From Chloroflexota bacterium (lineage in GTDB: Bacteria > Chloroflexota > Anaerolineae > Anaerolineales > UBA11579), in NCBI GenBank assembly GCA_023485685.1, contig JAMCZK010000054.1, positions 2,440-66,439 of the forward strand: DNA of 64,000 bases, written 5' to 3'. A program made the translations under genes and the position numbers. This document shows, piece after piece, positions 27,118-37,269 of this stretch. Numbering within the stretch: the stretch's first letter is position 1; each line of letters opens with the position of its first letter. The notes under the pieces are model-generated. The model searched no databases and was not told the DNA's origin. It saw only the letters and a list, made by a program, of their open reading frames with translations.

Positions 27118-28461
27118 CTAGTTCTCTCTGGCTGTAAGAGGTCCGGTGCGCTCCTGTAATAGGTCGATCAATAGTTGGGCAAGCTTGGCCGATTCGTGGT
27201 GGCCCGGGCGATCTGGGTCGGCTACGCTGGCGCGGTACAACGCATACTTCTCTTCCAATCCCTCTTCGGCAGTGACCCATTTGGAGCCTTCAGGTGGCGA
27301 ACTCTCCTGCAATTGGTTGCTGAGCACGATGTCGAAGAAGTTGGGCCCAACGTGCGCCTCTAGCGCTCGAATGTGGTCGCCACAGCGATAACCATCCGTT
27401 TCCCCGGGTTGAGTCGCCAGGTTGCAGATGAAGATTTTCAGCGCGGGGCTGTTGCGCACGGCGGCCGCCAAATCGGGCACCAACAAATTGGGCAGGATGC
27501 TCGTGTACAGGCTGCCAGGACCCAACACAATCAAATCGGCGTTCAACAAAGCGTTCACTGCATCCGGGTACGCAGGCGGCGCGTTGGGTTCCAGCCATAC
27601 ATGGCGCACTGCGCCCGGCATCCCAGGGATCTGGCTTTCGCCGCGCACTCGCACCTGCGTGTCCGCCATCGGCACCGCCAGGTCGGCCACCAGGCGCACG
27701 TCGTGAAGGGTTGCCGGCAGCACCTGCCCATGCACCGAAAGCACCCGTCCGGATTCGGCGACTGCTTCTTCGAAGCTGCCGGTGATCTCGCTAAGGGCGC
27801 TGATAAATAAGTTTCCGAAGGAATGGCCTTCGAGCCCATTTCCGCTGCCGGAAAAACGATATTGGAATAATTGTGTGATCAGGGTTTCGTCGTTCGACAA
27901 CGCCGCCAGACAATTGCGGATGTCTCCGGGCGGCAGCACGCCCAGATCGCTGCGCAGACGGCCGGATGAACCGCCGTCATCTGCCACGGTAACAATGGCG
28001 GTCAGGTTGTAGGTATGTTCTTTGAGCCCGCGCAATAAGGTTGCCATGCCATGCCCGCCCCCGATGACCACGATGCGCGGGCCGCGACCGCGTTTGCGGT
28101 GGTCGGCCAGTGTGTCAACCACGGGACGGCCCGGACGCAAAAACGGCGAGAGCAGGCTGCGGTTCATACCCAACACGCCATAGATCAAGGTGCCCAGCCC
28201 GAGGCCACCGAAAATTATTGCGCGCAAAGTTCTATCTAAAAACCGAAGGGAAAGCCAGGAAAGTGCAGGCAACCACCAGGTATCGGGTGCCTGACGATAG
28301 ACATCCAACACCAGGATTGCGCCGCCGACGCCAATGAGAAAGGCACCGAAGAGGATAAGCAGGATCCAACGTTTGACCCCCAGGCCGGGCGTGAGCCAAC
28401 GAAGCATGCGCAAAGTCCAGGCATAGGCCTTGCGCATCCAGACAACTATTCGCTCGCCCAT
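27118..28461 (-). CDS. YvcK/CofD-family gluconeogenesis factor with an N-terminal membrane anchor
   Basis: 447 aa. Two N-terminal TM helices, then [18 protein letters not shown] and [14 protein letters not shown], typical of the YvcK/UPF0052 family. First gene of a yvcK-pgk-tpiA string. Confidence 0.85.
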   Translation of the reverse strand: MGERIVVWMRKAYAWTLRMLRWLTPGLGVKRWILLILFGAFLIGVGGAILVLDVYRQAPDTWWLPALSWLSLRFLDRTLRAIIFGGLGLGTLIYGVLGMNRSLLSPFLRPGRPVVDTLADHRKRGRGPRIVVIGGGHGMATLLRGLKEHTYNLTAIVTVADDGGSSGRLRSDLGVLPPGDIRNCLAALSNDETLITQLFQYRFSGSGNGLEGHSFGNLFISALSEITGSFEEAVAESGRVLSVHGQVLPATLHDVRLVADLAVPMADTQVRVRGESQIPGMPGAVRHVWLEPNAPPAYPDAVNALLNADLIVLGPGSLYTSILPNLLVPDLAAAVRNSPALKIFICNLATQPGETDGYRCGDHIRALEAHVGPNFFDIVLSNQLQESSPPEGSKWVTAEEGLEEKYALYRASVADPDRPGHHESAKLAQLLIDLLQERTGPLTAREN

Positions 28462-28513
28462 ATTTCGAGGATGATAGCAGTGAATATTGTCAGCGTCAAC
28501 GAACGTACTGCTT

Positions 28514-28570
28514 CACCACGGGGACACGGAGACACAGAGCTTTAATCCAATTCTCCGTGTCTCCGTGGTG
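28514..28570. repeat. 18-bp-stem hairpin followed by a T-run, in the yvcK/recJ divergent spacer
   Basis: CACCACGGGGACACGGAG (28514-28531) pairs with CTCCGTGTCTCCGTGGTG (28553-28570), 1 mismatch, followed by GATTTTTTG. It looks like a terminator but lies upstream of recJ, so it is probably a repeat element. Confidence 0.55.
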
Positions 28571-28729
28571 GATTTTTTGCACTTCACTCATCCATGTTTA
28601 TCTGCGTTCATCCGTGGTTTACCAAAGTCGCTGCCTCTAACCGCGTTATCAACCTGTCATCTGTCTACCGTCAACTGTCAACTGTCTACTGTCAACTGCT
28701 TCATCCGCGTTATGATTACCTTACTTATT

Positions 28730-30424
28730 ATGAATATTCTCGAAAAACATTGGCAGATTTCCCCTCACATTACGGCGGAAGCGGACAAAAACCTCGCGGG
28801 GTACCCACCTTTCCTGCGCCAGGTGCTCTTCAATCGTGGCTTTGGCACCTCGGAGGAATCCAACCGTTTTCTAGCTGCCTTACCGGTCGATCCTGTCCAT
28901 TCCGAAAAAATCAAAGGATTGGGCGCGGCCGTCGACCGACTTTCGTATGCCATCGCGCATGGGGAGAGTATTGTGGTTTACGGCGACTACGATGCAGATG
29001 GGGTTACCGCCACCGCGCTGATGTGTGAGTGCCTGGTGGCTTTAGGCGGGCGCGCGCACGCCTACATCCCTGACCGCTTCGAAGAAGGGTATGGCCTCAA
29101 CGTAAGTGCGTTGCGCCAACTGAAGGAAGAAGGCGCTTCGGTAGTCATCAGCGTAGACTGCGGCATTCGCTCGCTAAAGGAAGCCGAAGAAGCGCGCCGC
29201 CTGGGGCTGGACTTGATCATCACTGATCACCACACCCCAGGAACCGAGCTGCCGGATGCAGTCGCCATCATCAATACAAAGCAGGACGGGGACGAGTATC
29301 CCGAAAAACAACTGGCGGGTGTGGGCACCGCATTCAAGCTGGCGCACGCCCTCGAAAAGAAACTCCACCTCGGCGAAGACCAAAGCGCCCGCTTCCTGGA
29401 TCTGGTTGCTCTAGGCACGGTCGCCGATATGGTGCCGCTCCTCGGCGAAAATCGCTGGATGGTGCGCGAAGGTCTGGCCCAGATTCGCCAACCGAAGCGG
29501 CAGGGGTTGTTCTCTTTAATTAGCGTCTCGGGTCTCAAGGCGGCTAACGTGCGCGCAGGCGACATTGGCTTCATGCTGGGGCCGCGGCTGAATGCCGCCG
29601 GCCGCCTAGAAACCGCCAAGCGTGCCTTGCTGCTCCTGATGACGGACGATGTTTTCGAAGCCGGTAAGCTCGCACAAGATCTTGATAACCAGAACCGGAC
29701 TCGCCAGGACCTTACAACTGAGATGACTGCATCGGCAGAGGAGATGGTCACCGCCGCGGGTGATGATGCATTGTTGCTCTTCGCCCTTCACCCGGAATAC
29801 AACCCGGGAGTTGTGGGCTTAGTGGCCTCCCGCCTCACAGAAAAGTTCTATCGACCATCCATTGTTGGGCAACGCGGGGAGCAGACTACGCGGGCTTCCT
29901 GCCGCAGCATTCCAGAATTCCACATCACCCAGGCACTGGAAAGCTGCGCCGATCTATTCGAGAATTTCGGCGGCCACGCCGCCGCGGCTGGCTTCACCGT
30001 GCGCAACGAACGCCTGCCCGAAGTCATGGACCGATTGAACGCCTACGCGCAAGAGAAGCTCAGCGGACTCGCTCTCCGCCCCACTCTGATCGCCGATGCG
30101 GAAATCCCGCTGTCGGAATTGAAGGCTGACCTGCTCAACCAAATCGAACTGATAGAACCTACCGGCTACGGAAACCCCCAGGTCTACCTGGTCAGCCGCG
30201 GCCTGCAGGTGCGCGAGGCGCGCACTGTGGGGCAAGAGGGCCGGCATCTCAAACTGGTCGTAAGCGATGGCTGGATCACCTACGATGCCATCGCTTTTCG
30301 GCAAGGCCATTGGGCACAAGCCATGCCCAAGGCGGTTGATCTGCTTTATCGCTTCGAAGCCAATGAATTCAACGGCCGCAGCCGCTTGCAACTCAATGTG
30401 AGGGATTTGAAGGCGAATGCCTAG
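28730..30424 (+). CDS. recJ: Single-stranded-DNA-specific exonuclease RecJ
   Basis: Start taken at the ATG at 28730 (MNILEKHWQI); 28712 is also possible. DHH motifs VYGDYDADGVTA and IITDHHTP, then DHHA1 GGHAAAAGF. The upstream part of the ORF (from 28487) is repeat-encoded. Confidence 0.9.
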   Translation: MNILEKHWQISPHITAEADKNLAGYPPFLRQVLFNRGFGTSEESNRFLAALPVDPVHSEKIKGLGAAVDRLSYAIAHGESIVVYGDYDADGVTATALMCECLVALGGRAHAYIPDRFEEGYGLNVSALRQLKEEGASVVISVDCGIRSLKEAEEARRLGLDLIITDHHTPGTELPDAVAIINTKQDGDEYPEKQLAGVGTAFKLAHALEKKLHLGEDQSARFLDLVALGTVADMVPLLGENRWMVREGLAQIRQPKRQGLFSLISVSGLKAANVRAGDIGFMLGPRLNAAGRLETAKRALLLLMTDDVFEAGKLAQDLDNQNRTRQDLTTEMTASAEEMVTAAGDDALLLFALHPEYNPGVVGLVASRLTEKFYRPSIVGQRGEQTTRASCRSIPEFHITQALESCADLFENFGGHAAAAGFTVRNERLPEVMDRLNAYAQEKLSGLALRPTLIADAEIPLSELKADLLNQIELIEPTGYGNPQVYLVSRGLQVREARTVGQEGRHLKLVVSDGWITYDAIAFRQGHWAQAMPKAVDLLYRFEANEFNGRSRLQLNVRDLKANA

Positions 30425-31051
30425 CCTGCAAGTTGACGATATAGCCAAAGTTGTGACGTACAGTATCGCCTTGTTAGCAGGGGGCAAATCTTCTCGCATG
30501 AGAAGAGACAAAGGGCTTGTTCCATTTATGGGTAAGCCGCTTTATCAGCACATCCTCGAGCAGGTACACGGGTTGAGTGAAGATATTTTTTGATCACAAA
30601 TCAACCAGATGGTTACACAGAAACAACCTACCCAATTTTCTCGGACAAGATTCCGGGCATCGGCGCTTTGGGTGGCATCTATTCAGCCCTGAGCTATTCC
30701 CAAAATGATCTTTGCCTGATCCTGGCATGCGACATGCCATCCGTAAGCGTGCCCATAATCGAGCAACTAAGAAGCGAAGTCAGTGGTTTCGATGTCGCCA
30801 TTCCCCAACTGGGTCCAGGGATGCTAGAACCTTTTCGCGCAATTTATCGCAAGACCTGTCTACCTTTGGCTGAAAAAGCGATCCAGTCTGGGGAACGCCG
30901 TGCAATTAGTTTTCTTTCTCAAGTCAAAACGAACTTTGTAACCAAAGAGACTTTGATCCAGTTGGATCCGAAATTGGAATCATTTCTGAATATCAATACA
31001 CCTGGCGATCTTGCCGAAATTGAGGCGATTGCCAAACAGCGCGACTGCTAA
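30417..31051 (+). pseudogene. MobA-like molybdenum cofactor guanylyltransferase split by a frameshift in a T6 run
   Basis: The ATG at 30417 opens a 58-codon frame (ALLAGGKSSRMRRDKGLVPFMGKPL, the MobA motif) that ends at TGA 30591-30593. The rest of the domain (ITNQPDGY...IPGIGALGGIYSAL) continues in the +2 frame from 30590. One extra T in the run 30586-30591 would fuse them (EDIF-LITNQ). Confidence 0.7.
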
Positions 31052-31611
31052 GGTTTTTGTGCAATCAATTGCAAGATCTTTCTGGGTTGCACGGCAAAAT
31101 CTCGGCCACGCTTCCAGGTCTCGTTCTTAAAATATATTTTCCAGGCTCCAAATTTATCCTCAAGTCCTCCTGGCAAGAGATAGTGCTGTTTATTGGGAAC
31201 TTCCCCCTCGTTCCACAGAAGTATTTCGCAAAACATGAAACCTCCTGGTTTCAATGCGACATGATAACGTTCTAAAAGAGGGCGGGACAGAAAATAAAAA
31301 TTGAAGATTGCAGAGAAAAAGGCTGTTGGTAACCATCGGTCAACTAAGTCCATAACCGCGCATGCCAGGTCTAAACCTCTTTTTTCGAGTCTTTGCTTCG
31401 CATGAACTAGGGCTAGCAAGGAAATGTCAAGTGCAAAAACGGTGAGCCCGCGCCACATTAAAAACTCGCCGAGTGGCGAAAGTCCAGCCGCCGCTTCTAA
31501 TACAATCCCCTCTTTGGGGAGCAATTCACTATGAGATTCGACGAGTTTGTAGGGTCCGCGTTCATAGCGGTCCATTTCACTCTTATAACGGGCGTTTCCA
31601 ACGCACCGCAT
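31048..31611 (-). CDS. Class I SAM-dependent methyltransferase (substrate unknown)
   Basis: 187 aa. Motif-I-like VLEAAAGLSPLGEFL, acidic loop FALDIS, and FMFCEIL. Its stop overlaps the mobA-like stop by 4 nt (convergent). Confidence 0.65.
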   Translation of the reverse strand: MRCVGNARYKSEMDRYERGPYKLVESHSELLPKEGIVLEAAAGLSPLGEFLMWRGLTVFALDISLLALVHAKQRLEKRGLDLACAVMDLVDRWLPTAFFSAIFNFYFLSRPLLERYHVALKPGGFMFCEILLWNEGEVPNKQHYLLPGGLEDKFGAWKIYFKNETWKRGRDFAVQPRKILQLIAQKP

Positions 31612-31684
31612 CAGGATGCAAAGTGAATGCCTTTTTGTTCAGTTAGGGGATTTGTCTCGGTGCCAGTATGTCCCGCTCGCTCGA

Positions 31685-32182
31685 TCATGCCTGAACCTTA
31701 TCGGTATTGAGGCGGCTTGCCCACGGCCATCGCTCAAGCGCATTGGGCAATAGCGATGTTCTGATCACTGCGCAGGCCAGCGCGTAATTTCTTTTATCTA
31801 GTAGTTCCAGACCTTTTGTTAACCCCCGCTTTTCGATTAACTCCAGCGGCCCAAGTTCGTCCGACACCAGAAGATGGCATTCTTCAATCTTCGACAATAA
31901 AGAATCACCCCATGCAAGGGTTGCGAAATCAAGCTCCCAGGTCCTTCCCGTATGTTTTTCGGGAAGATTCCAAACCCAAGCGACATGAATTGTTTTTACA
32001 GCATGTCCCTCAATCCCGCCAAATGGTGCAGATCGGAGGCTAACATGTCGCGGGCCAGGGCACTGCACATCGGCTTTCCACTTTCTCTCGGCAGATATCC
32101 AAATCATCTCATCCCGCTTACGTGGCGTAATCCAAGAACTTTCAGCCTGGGTCTCATAACCCCTGTAAACTAGAGCGCGCAA
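31685..32182 (-). CDS. Hypothetical protein (C-terminal DELGPLEL motif reminiscent of DUF2478/THEP1-like NTPases, no P-loop)
   Basis: 165 aa, TTG start. No Walker A found in frame or upstream. Function not supportable. Confidence 0.35.
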   Translation of the reverse strand: MRALVYRGYETQAESSWITPRKRDEMIWISAERKWKADVQCPGPRHVSLRSAPFGGIEGHAVKTIHVAWVWNLPEKHTGRTWELDFATLAWGDSLLSKIEECHLLVSDELGPLELIEKRGLTKGLELLDKRNYALACAVIRTSLLPNALERWPWASRLNTDKVQA

Positions 32183-32282
32183 GGCACTCCTGCTATCTGT
32201 TCCCTCACATCCGATGGCAAACGTCTAGTCAAAGCAAGCATACAAAATGATTTCCATCAATTACAAACCTTGCTCGCTTTTT

Positions 32283-32400
32283 TCCCGTAGGGGAGAGTCT
32301 TAGACCCTCCCGCATCTCTTGGCTAGCCTGCTCAAGGCGCCGCCTTGAGCGAAGCGAACGGGGTTAGCTTTGCTAACCGTGAGGGTTGTTTGCTACACCC
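32283..32400. repeat. Cluster of GC-rich hairpins, including a partial copy of the GTCTTAGACCC element
   Basis: CCCGTAGGGGAGAGTCTTAGACCCTCCCGC resembles CCGTAGG(A/G)GCGGGTCTTAGACCCGCCC at 51703-51728 and 52398-52424. Perfect palindromes CTCAAGGCGCCGCCTTGAG and GGTTAGCTTTGCTAACC follow. Confidence 0.6.
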
Positions 32401-32435
32401 CACCTCATCACCAAACAACTTCTTCTTGACAACAA

Positions 32436-33119
32436 TCAATCAATGAATCGATACTTGAGCAGGGCCCAGAACGCCGCTACCGCGTCCACAAAACCGATCT
32501 TCTTGCCATCCGCATAGTCGCGGGGATTGAACGTAATGGGGACCTCAAAAATGCGGGCCTTCTTCTTCAGCAATTTAGCGGTAATTTCGGGCTCGAAATC
32601 GAAACTATTCGAGCGTATTCGAATGTCTGCGAGCACCTCTCGCTTAAACAACTTGTATCCCGTCTCCATGTCGGTGAGGATATTGTTGTACAAAATATTG
32701 GTAAAGAAGGTGAGCATTCGGTTGGCAACTGCATGCCAATACATAGTTGGCCGCCGTGGTCCCCCCAGGAAACGGGAACCGTACACTGCGTCGGCCAAGC
32801 CTTCCTCGATGGGCTTCAGTAATGCGGGGATATCACGAGGATCGTATTCTAGGTCGGCATCCTGGATCAGGATCAAATCCCCTTTGGCGGCTTCGACGCC
32901 CAAACGAACTGCCGCTCCCTTTCCCTGGTTCCTGGGGGAAGTGATGACCGTGACCTTCTTATCGGATGGTATTCCACGAAGCGCAACGGCAGTCCCGTCA
33001 GTAGAACCATCATCCACAACGATGACTTCAGATGCCAGCCCGGTAGCCGAAACACGCTGCAGAATTTCGGCGATGGTATCTTTTTCGTTGTAGACAGGTA
33101 TGACTACGCTTAATTTCAC
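32436..33119 (-). CDS. Family 2 glycosyltransferase (polyprenol-phosphate glycosyltransferase-like)
   Basis: 227 aa. Motifs LSVVIPVYNEKDTI, VVDDGSTDGT, IQDADLEYDP. Confidence 0.9.
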   Translation of the reverse strand: MKLSVVIPVYNEKDTIAEILQRVSATGLASEVIVVDDGSTDGTAVALRGIPSDKKVTVITSPRNQGKGAAVRLGVEAAKGDLILIQDADLEYDPRDIPALLKPIEEGLADAVYGSRFLGGPRRPTMYWHAVANRMLTFFTNILYNNILTDMETGYKLFKREVLADIRIRSNSFDFEPEITAKLLKKKARIFEVPITFNPRDYADGKKIGFVDAVAAFWALLKYRFID

Positions 33120-33214
33120 GAAGGGGATTATATGCCATTCGGTCGTAAAAATCGCCCATGCTATAATCGCTGGCGAACCAAAATCAGGGGAAAATCATTC
33201 CAACGCAAGATGAG

Positions 33215-36130
33215 ATGAGAGTACCTCAAATCGTGGGCTATAACTCAACCACATTCCGCAAATTCAAAACCCGTTTCCGCAGGGGGTTTTACTTCCTTGT
33301 TTTACTTAGCCTAATCGCCAACCCAGTCTATGCCTTTGCCGCCCCCAGCCAACAAGGCGAAAATCCAGAATCAAAAGCCGCTGCCTTATCGGAACAGCTC
33401 AGCCCCGAAGAAAAAGTGGGGCAACTTTTCTTGGTTACCTTTGAAGGCAGCCAGGTAAATGAGGACAGCCAGATTTATGATTTGATCTACAACTTTCACG
33501 TCGGTGGCGTAATACTCCGGCGCGACATGAATAACCTCACGGCAGCCCCCGACACGGCCAGTAACCTGGTAAACCTGATCACCGACCTTCAACGTGTTGA
33601 GGCTAGTTCGTCTCAAGAGAATCGGGCAGATGTGCAGAGTAGGGAAACCTACACTCCCAACTACATTCCACTTTTTGTGGCTATTTCCCAGGAAGGGGAT
33701 GGCTACCCCAACGATCAGTTGTTGGATGTGCTCAGCCCTCAACCCAGCGCCATGACACTCGGTGCCACGTGGCAGCCGGATTTTGCGCGGCAATCTGGTG
33801 AGTTGCTTGGCTCGGAATTGTCTGCCCTAGGGATCAATTTGCTACTGGGCCCTTCATTAGACGTGCTCGAAAGCCCGAGCCCGGAAAGCCAGGGGGACCT
33901 GGGAGTGCGCAGTTTTGGCGGCGATCCCTATTGGGTCGGAGAATTTGGCCAGGCCTTCATCGAAGGGGTGCATTTGGGCGGTGACAACCGGGTGGCTGTA
34001 GTGGCCAAGCATTTACCCGGTCATGGAGGGTCTGACCGCCCAGTAGATGAGGAAGTGCCCACGGTACGCAAATCACTCAACCAACTCACCCAAATCGAGT
34101 TGCCTCCCTTCTTCGCAGTAACTGGGGAGGCGCCGGCTCCCGAGTCGACTGCGGACGCCATGTTGTTGGCCCATATCCGCTATCAGGGATTTCAAGGGAA
34201 CATCCGCGCCACAACGCGTCCGATTAGTTTTGACTCGCAGGCGTTTGAGCAGTTGATGGCTCTCCCGGCGTTCGCCACCTGGCGGGAAGCCGGCGGCCTG
34301 ATTGTTAGCGACAACCTGGGGACTCGCGCCGTGCGCCGCAACTACGACCCCTCGGAGCAGGTATTCAACTCTCCCCTCGTTGCGCGGGACGCATTCCTAG
34401 CCGGAAATGATTTGCTTTACCTCGGCAACTTTACCGCTAACACCGATCCCGACATGTACACCAGCATCGTACGCACACTGCAATTTTTCGCGCAGAAGTA
34501 CAGAGAGGATCAAGCCTTCCAAGAGCGCGTTGACCAATCGGTGCTAAGGATTCTTACACTGAAGTTCAAGCAATACACGAGCTTTGATTTGAACCGTGTA
34601 TTGCCAGCAGGTGATCCAACTCGAAGCATCGGCAATCAAGAGGAGCTCATTTTTGAGATTGGCCGCCAGGCAGCTACATTGTTTAGCCCCAGCCCCGAAG
34701 AGCTAGCCAATGTATTACCGAATCCCCCCGGACAATTCGAGCAAATCGTCTTCATATCGGACAGCTACACTGTACAGCAGTGCAGGGACTGTCCACTTCA
34801 AAGCGCATTGGCAACCAGCGCGCTGGCTGATGCGGTCCTGGATCTATACGGGCCATTGGGAGCCAACCTCACCACCACCGCAAACCTCTCGTCATTTTCA
34901 TTCACACAGCTTGCACAATCGCTCAACGGAAACCTTATTGATGAGGAAGATGCTTTAGTGGCCAACCTGCAACGCGGGGAATGGGTAGTTTTTGCGCTGC
35001 TCAAGGAAGACAGTAACCGGCTGGAATCAACTGCGCTGCGCCGCTTGCTTTCGGAACGCCCGGATTTACTTCAAAATAAAAAGGTTATCGTCTTTGCAAT
35101 GAGCGCGCCGTATTACTTGGACGCAACAGACATTACAAAAATCACCGCTTATTACGGTTTGTACAGCAAGAACCAACAGATGGCTGAAGTAGCCGCCCGC
35201 CTGTTGTATCAAGAGCTTGGTGCTCCGGGCGCCTCGCCGGTTTCCATCGATGGCATTGGCTACGACCTTATCGAAGCAACATCCCCCGATCCGAACCAGA
35301 GCATTCCGATCAACATATTGCGTGTCGTGCCAACAGCCGAAGATACAGCCACCGTGACGGCGACCACCGATGTTCAGGAAACGGCCCAGCCAAGTCCTTT
35401 GCAGACGCTTCAACGTGGCGACTTGTTAAGCCTCCAGGCAGGGCCTATCCTTGACCATAATGGCCGCGAGGTGCCTGATAACACTCCGGTAACGTTTTGG
35501 ATCAATATTGCTATTGAAGGCACCACATTAACTCGCCAGGTTGCCGCCATTACTCTACAAGGGATTGCCCAGACCAACTACTCGATCGAAGCTGAGGGTG
35601 GCCTGGAAATCCTGGCCTCCAGCGGTGAACCGGCAGCCTACTCGCAGACCGTTCATTTCGATGTGGTGGGCATCAATCCTGAGGGCTTAGCCTTGCAAGC
35701 AACCCAAACTGCCCAAGCGTTTTTAGAGGCCACCCCCTTGGCGCCCTCTCCAACTAAGTCGGTGGAAGAAACCATTCCAGAAGAGATCCAAACCGGCTTT
35801 GTTGATTGGTTTCTCACAGTGCTCATCTCGGCAGTCAGTGGCCTGTTCGTTTATCAGGTGGGAGCGAACCTCAATCAGGTACGTTGGGCCGTGCGCTGGG
35901 GCCTTACCGCGATGATCGGCGGCCTGGTGATTGGCACCTATCTGGCGCTTGATTTGCCCGGTACCAAGGCAATCCTGATGTTCTCTGGCGAGTGGGGCGT
36001 GGTGCTATTTGTATTGCTCGGATGCGGTTTGGGTTGGCTGGCAGGCTGGATCTGGAGAGAATACAGCCGACAGCAGAGGATAAAAGGGGATAGGTCAGTG
36101 GCCGATGGTAGCGATAAAACTCAGCAGTAA
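33215..36130 (+). CDS. Glycoside hydrolase family 3 protein (NagZ-like N-terminal domain) with a C-terminal multi-TM anchor
   Basis: 971 aa. Signal/TM segment, KVGQLFLV, KHLPGHGGSDRPVDEEVP (GH3 KH(F/L)PGHG motif). About 4 hydrophobic helices at the C-terminus. Confidence 0.85.
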   Translation: MRVPQIVGYNSTTFRKFKTRFRRGFYFLVLLSLIANPVYAFAAPSQQGENPESKAAALSEQLSPEEKVGQLFLVTFEGSQVNEDSQIYDLIYNFHVGGVILRRDMNNLTAAPDTASNLVNLITDLQRVEASSSQENRADVQSRETYTPNYIPLFVAISQEGDGYPNDQLLDVLSPQPSAMTLGATWQPDFARQSGELLGSELSALGINLLLGPSLDVLESPSPESQGDLGVRSFGGDPYWVGEFGQAFIEGVHLGGDNRVAVVAKHLPGHGGSDRPVDEEVPTVRKSLNQLTQIELPPFFAVTGEAPAPESTADAMLLAHIRYQGFQGNIRATTRPISFDSQAFEQLMALPAFATWREAGGLIVSDNLGTRAVRRNYDPSEQVFNSPLVARDAFLAGNDLLYLGNFTANTDPDMYTSIVRTLQFFAQKYREDQAFQERVDQSVLRILTLKFKQYTSFDLNRVLPAGDPTRSIGNQEELIFEIGRQAATLFSPSPEELANVLPNPPGQFEQIVFISDSYTVQQCRDCPLQSALATSALADAVLDLYGPLGANLTTTANLSSFSFTQLAQSLNGNLIDEEDALVANLQRGEWVVFALLKEDSNRLESTALRRLLSERPDLLQNKKVIVFAMSAPYYLDATDITKITAYYGLYSKNQQMAEVAARLLYQELGAPGASPVSIDGIGYDLIEATSPDPNQSIPINILRVVPTAEDTATVTATTDVQETAQPSPLQTLQRGDLLSLQAGPILDHNGREVPDNTPVTFWINIAIEGTTLTRQVAAITLQGIAQTNYSIEAEGGLEILASSGEPAAYSQTVHFDVVGINPEGLALQATQTAQAFLEATPLAPSPTKSVEETIPEEIQTGFVDWFLTVLISAVSGLFVYQVGANLNQVRWAVRWGLTAMIGGLVIGTYLALDLPGTKAILMFSGEWGVVLFVLLGCGLGWLAGWIWREYSRQQRIKGDRSVADGSDKTQQ

Positions 36131-37084
36131 TAATGCGCCCGCCACCCAAACTAAAGACCGTTCTGTTTGAGAGGAAATTACATCTGCAAAGGTTGGGGTT
36201 GGCAAGCGGCCGTTTACCCGTGCCTTGGGTTCAATCTGTCCCAGCAGGGCTTGCTGGAAGGCTTGAATGCTCTGCGGCCGTTCCTCCGGATGCAGGTTAA
36301 GCGCCCAGTTAACCGCACGCTCTGTACGCGGGCTTAGGTCTGGGTTCAGGGCACGGAGAGCCGGCATCACGCCAGGATTCAGGAACCGCTCGCGTGCTTC
36401 GATGGGCGCGGAGTTGGACAATAGATGGTAGAGCGTGGCGCCGAAAGCGTACACGTCGCTGCGCACATCCGTGTGACCAGTATCACCGCCATATTGCTCC
36501 AGCGGCGTGTAGAGGGCTGTACCACGGCCCTGCACAATCGTGATTGTGTCCTCCTGCGCCGCCAGGATTTTGACCAACCCGAAATCCACGAGCTTCACTA
36601 CACCATTCGGAGTTAGTTTCAAATTACTCGGCTTGATGTCTCGATGCAAAATGGGTGGGTCCTGACCATGCATATAACTGAGCGCGCCGGCAATCTGTCC
36701 GGCCCAGGATAGCACTTCTTGTTCGGGGAGGAACTCGCCTTGCTGGCGAGCCTCCAACATTAGAGAGCGCAAGTCCTCGCCCGGAATGTAATCCATCACG
36801 AGATAATCGCTATGTTCTTCCGAAAAGAAATCAGATACCTTGGGCAGATTCGCATGATCCAGGCGCGCTAGCACAGTCGCCTCGCGCAGGAACTGCGTCC
36901 GGGTTTGTTCCAGGGTTTCGTCGGAGAGGGAAAGATCCAGCCGAACTTCTTTAACCGCACAGAGGCGGCCTTCAAGGCGCAGGTCTTCAGCCAAGTAAAT
37001 ACTGCCCATTCCCCCGCGGCTGATGAATTGCTTTATGCGGTAACGGTCGCGTAAAACCCCGCCAGTTTCTAGCGGCATGGCCAA
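36095..37084 (-). CDS. Hanks-type Ser/Thr protein kinase, tail-anchored
   Basis: 329 aa. Motifs GGMGSIYLAED, AVKEV, HRDIKPSNL, DFGLVK. Single C-terminal TM helix (LVWVAGALLLLSFIATIGH). Its 3' end overlaps the GH3 gene 3' end by 36 nt. Confidence 0.9.
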   Translation of the reverse strand: MAMPLETGGVLRDRYRIKQFISRGGMGSIYLAEDLRLEGRLCAVKEVRLDLSLSDETLEQTRTQFLREATVLARLDHANLPKVSDFFSEEHSDYLVMDYIPGEDLRSLMLEARQQGEFLPEQEVLSWAGQIAGALSYMHGQDPPILHRDIKPSNLKLTPNGVVKLVDFGLVKILAAQEDTITIVQGRGTALYTPLEQYGGDTGHTDVRSDVYAFGATLYHLLSNSAPIEARERFLNPGVMPALRALNPDLSPRTERAVNWALNLHPEERPQSIQAFQQALLGQIEPKARVNGRLPTPTFADVISSQTERSLVWVAGALLLLSFIATIGH

Positions 37085-37269
37085 ACTCTTCTCTCCTAAT
37101 TGCAGTTCAATTGTTGCTCCGCAAGAATTGAACTGGCAATATGCAGCCGCCGATTTCCAACTGAGAAAATCCGGGGGCGTTCGGCTGCATGGTTCAGCAT
37201 AGATGCAAAGAAAAGGTACTGAACAAGCAGAACGCTGAACTTTGGTAGTATTATACCTAGGGAATACGT

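Noticed and set aside
28487-28729. An N-terminal extension of RecJ (…HHGDTETQS…LSTVNCQLSTVNC…).
   Set aside because: This sequence is a translated hairpin/tandem-repeat region. RecJ homology starts at MNILEKHW.
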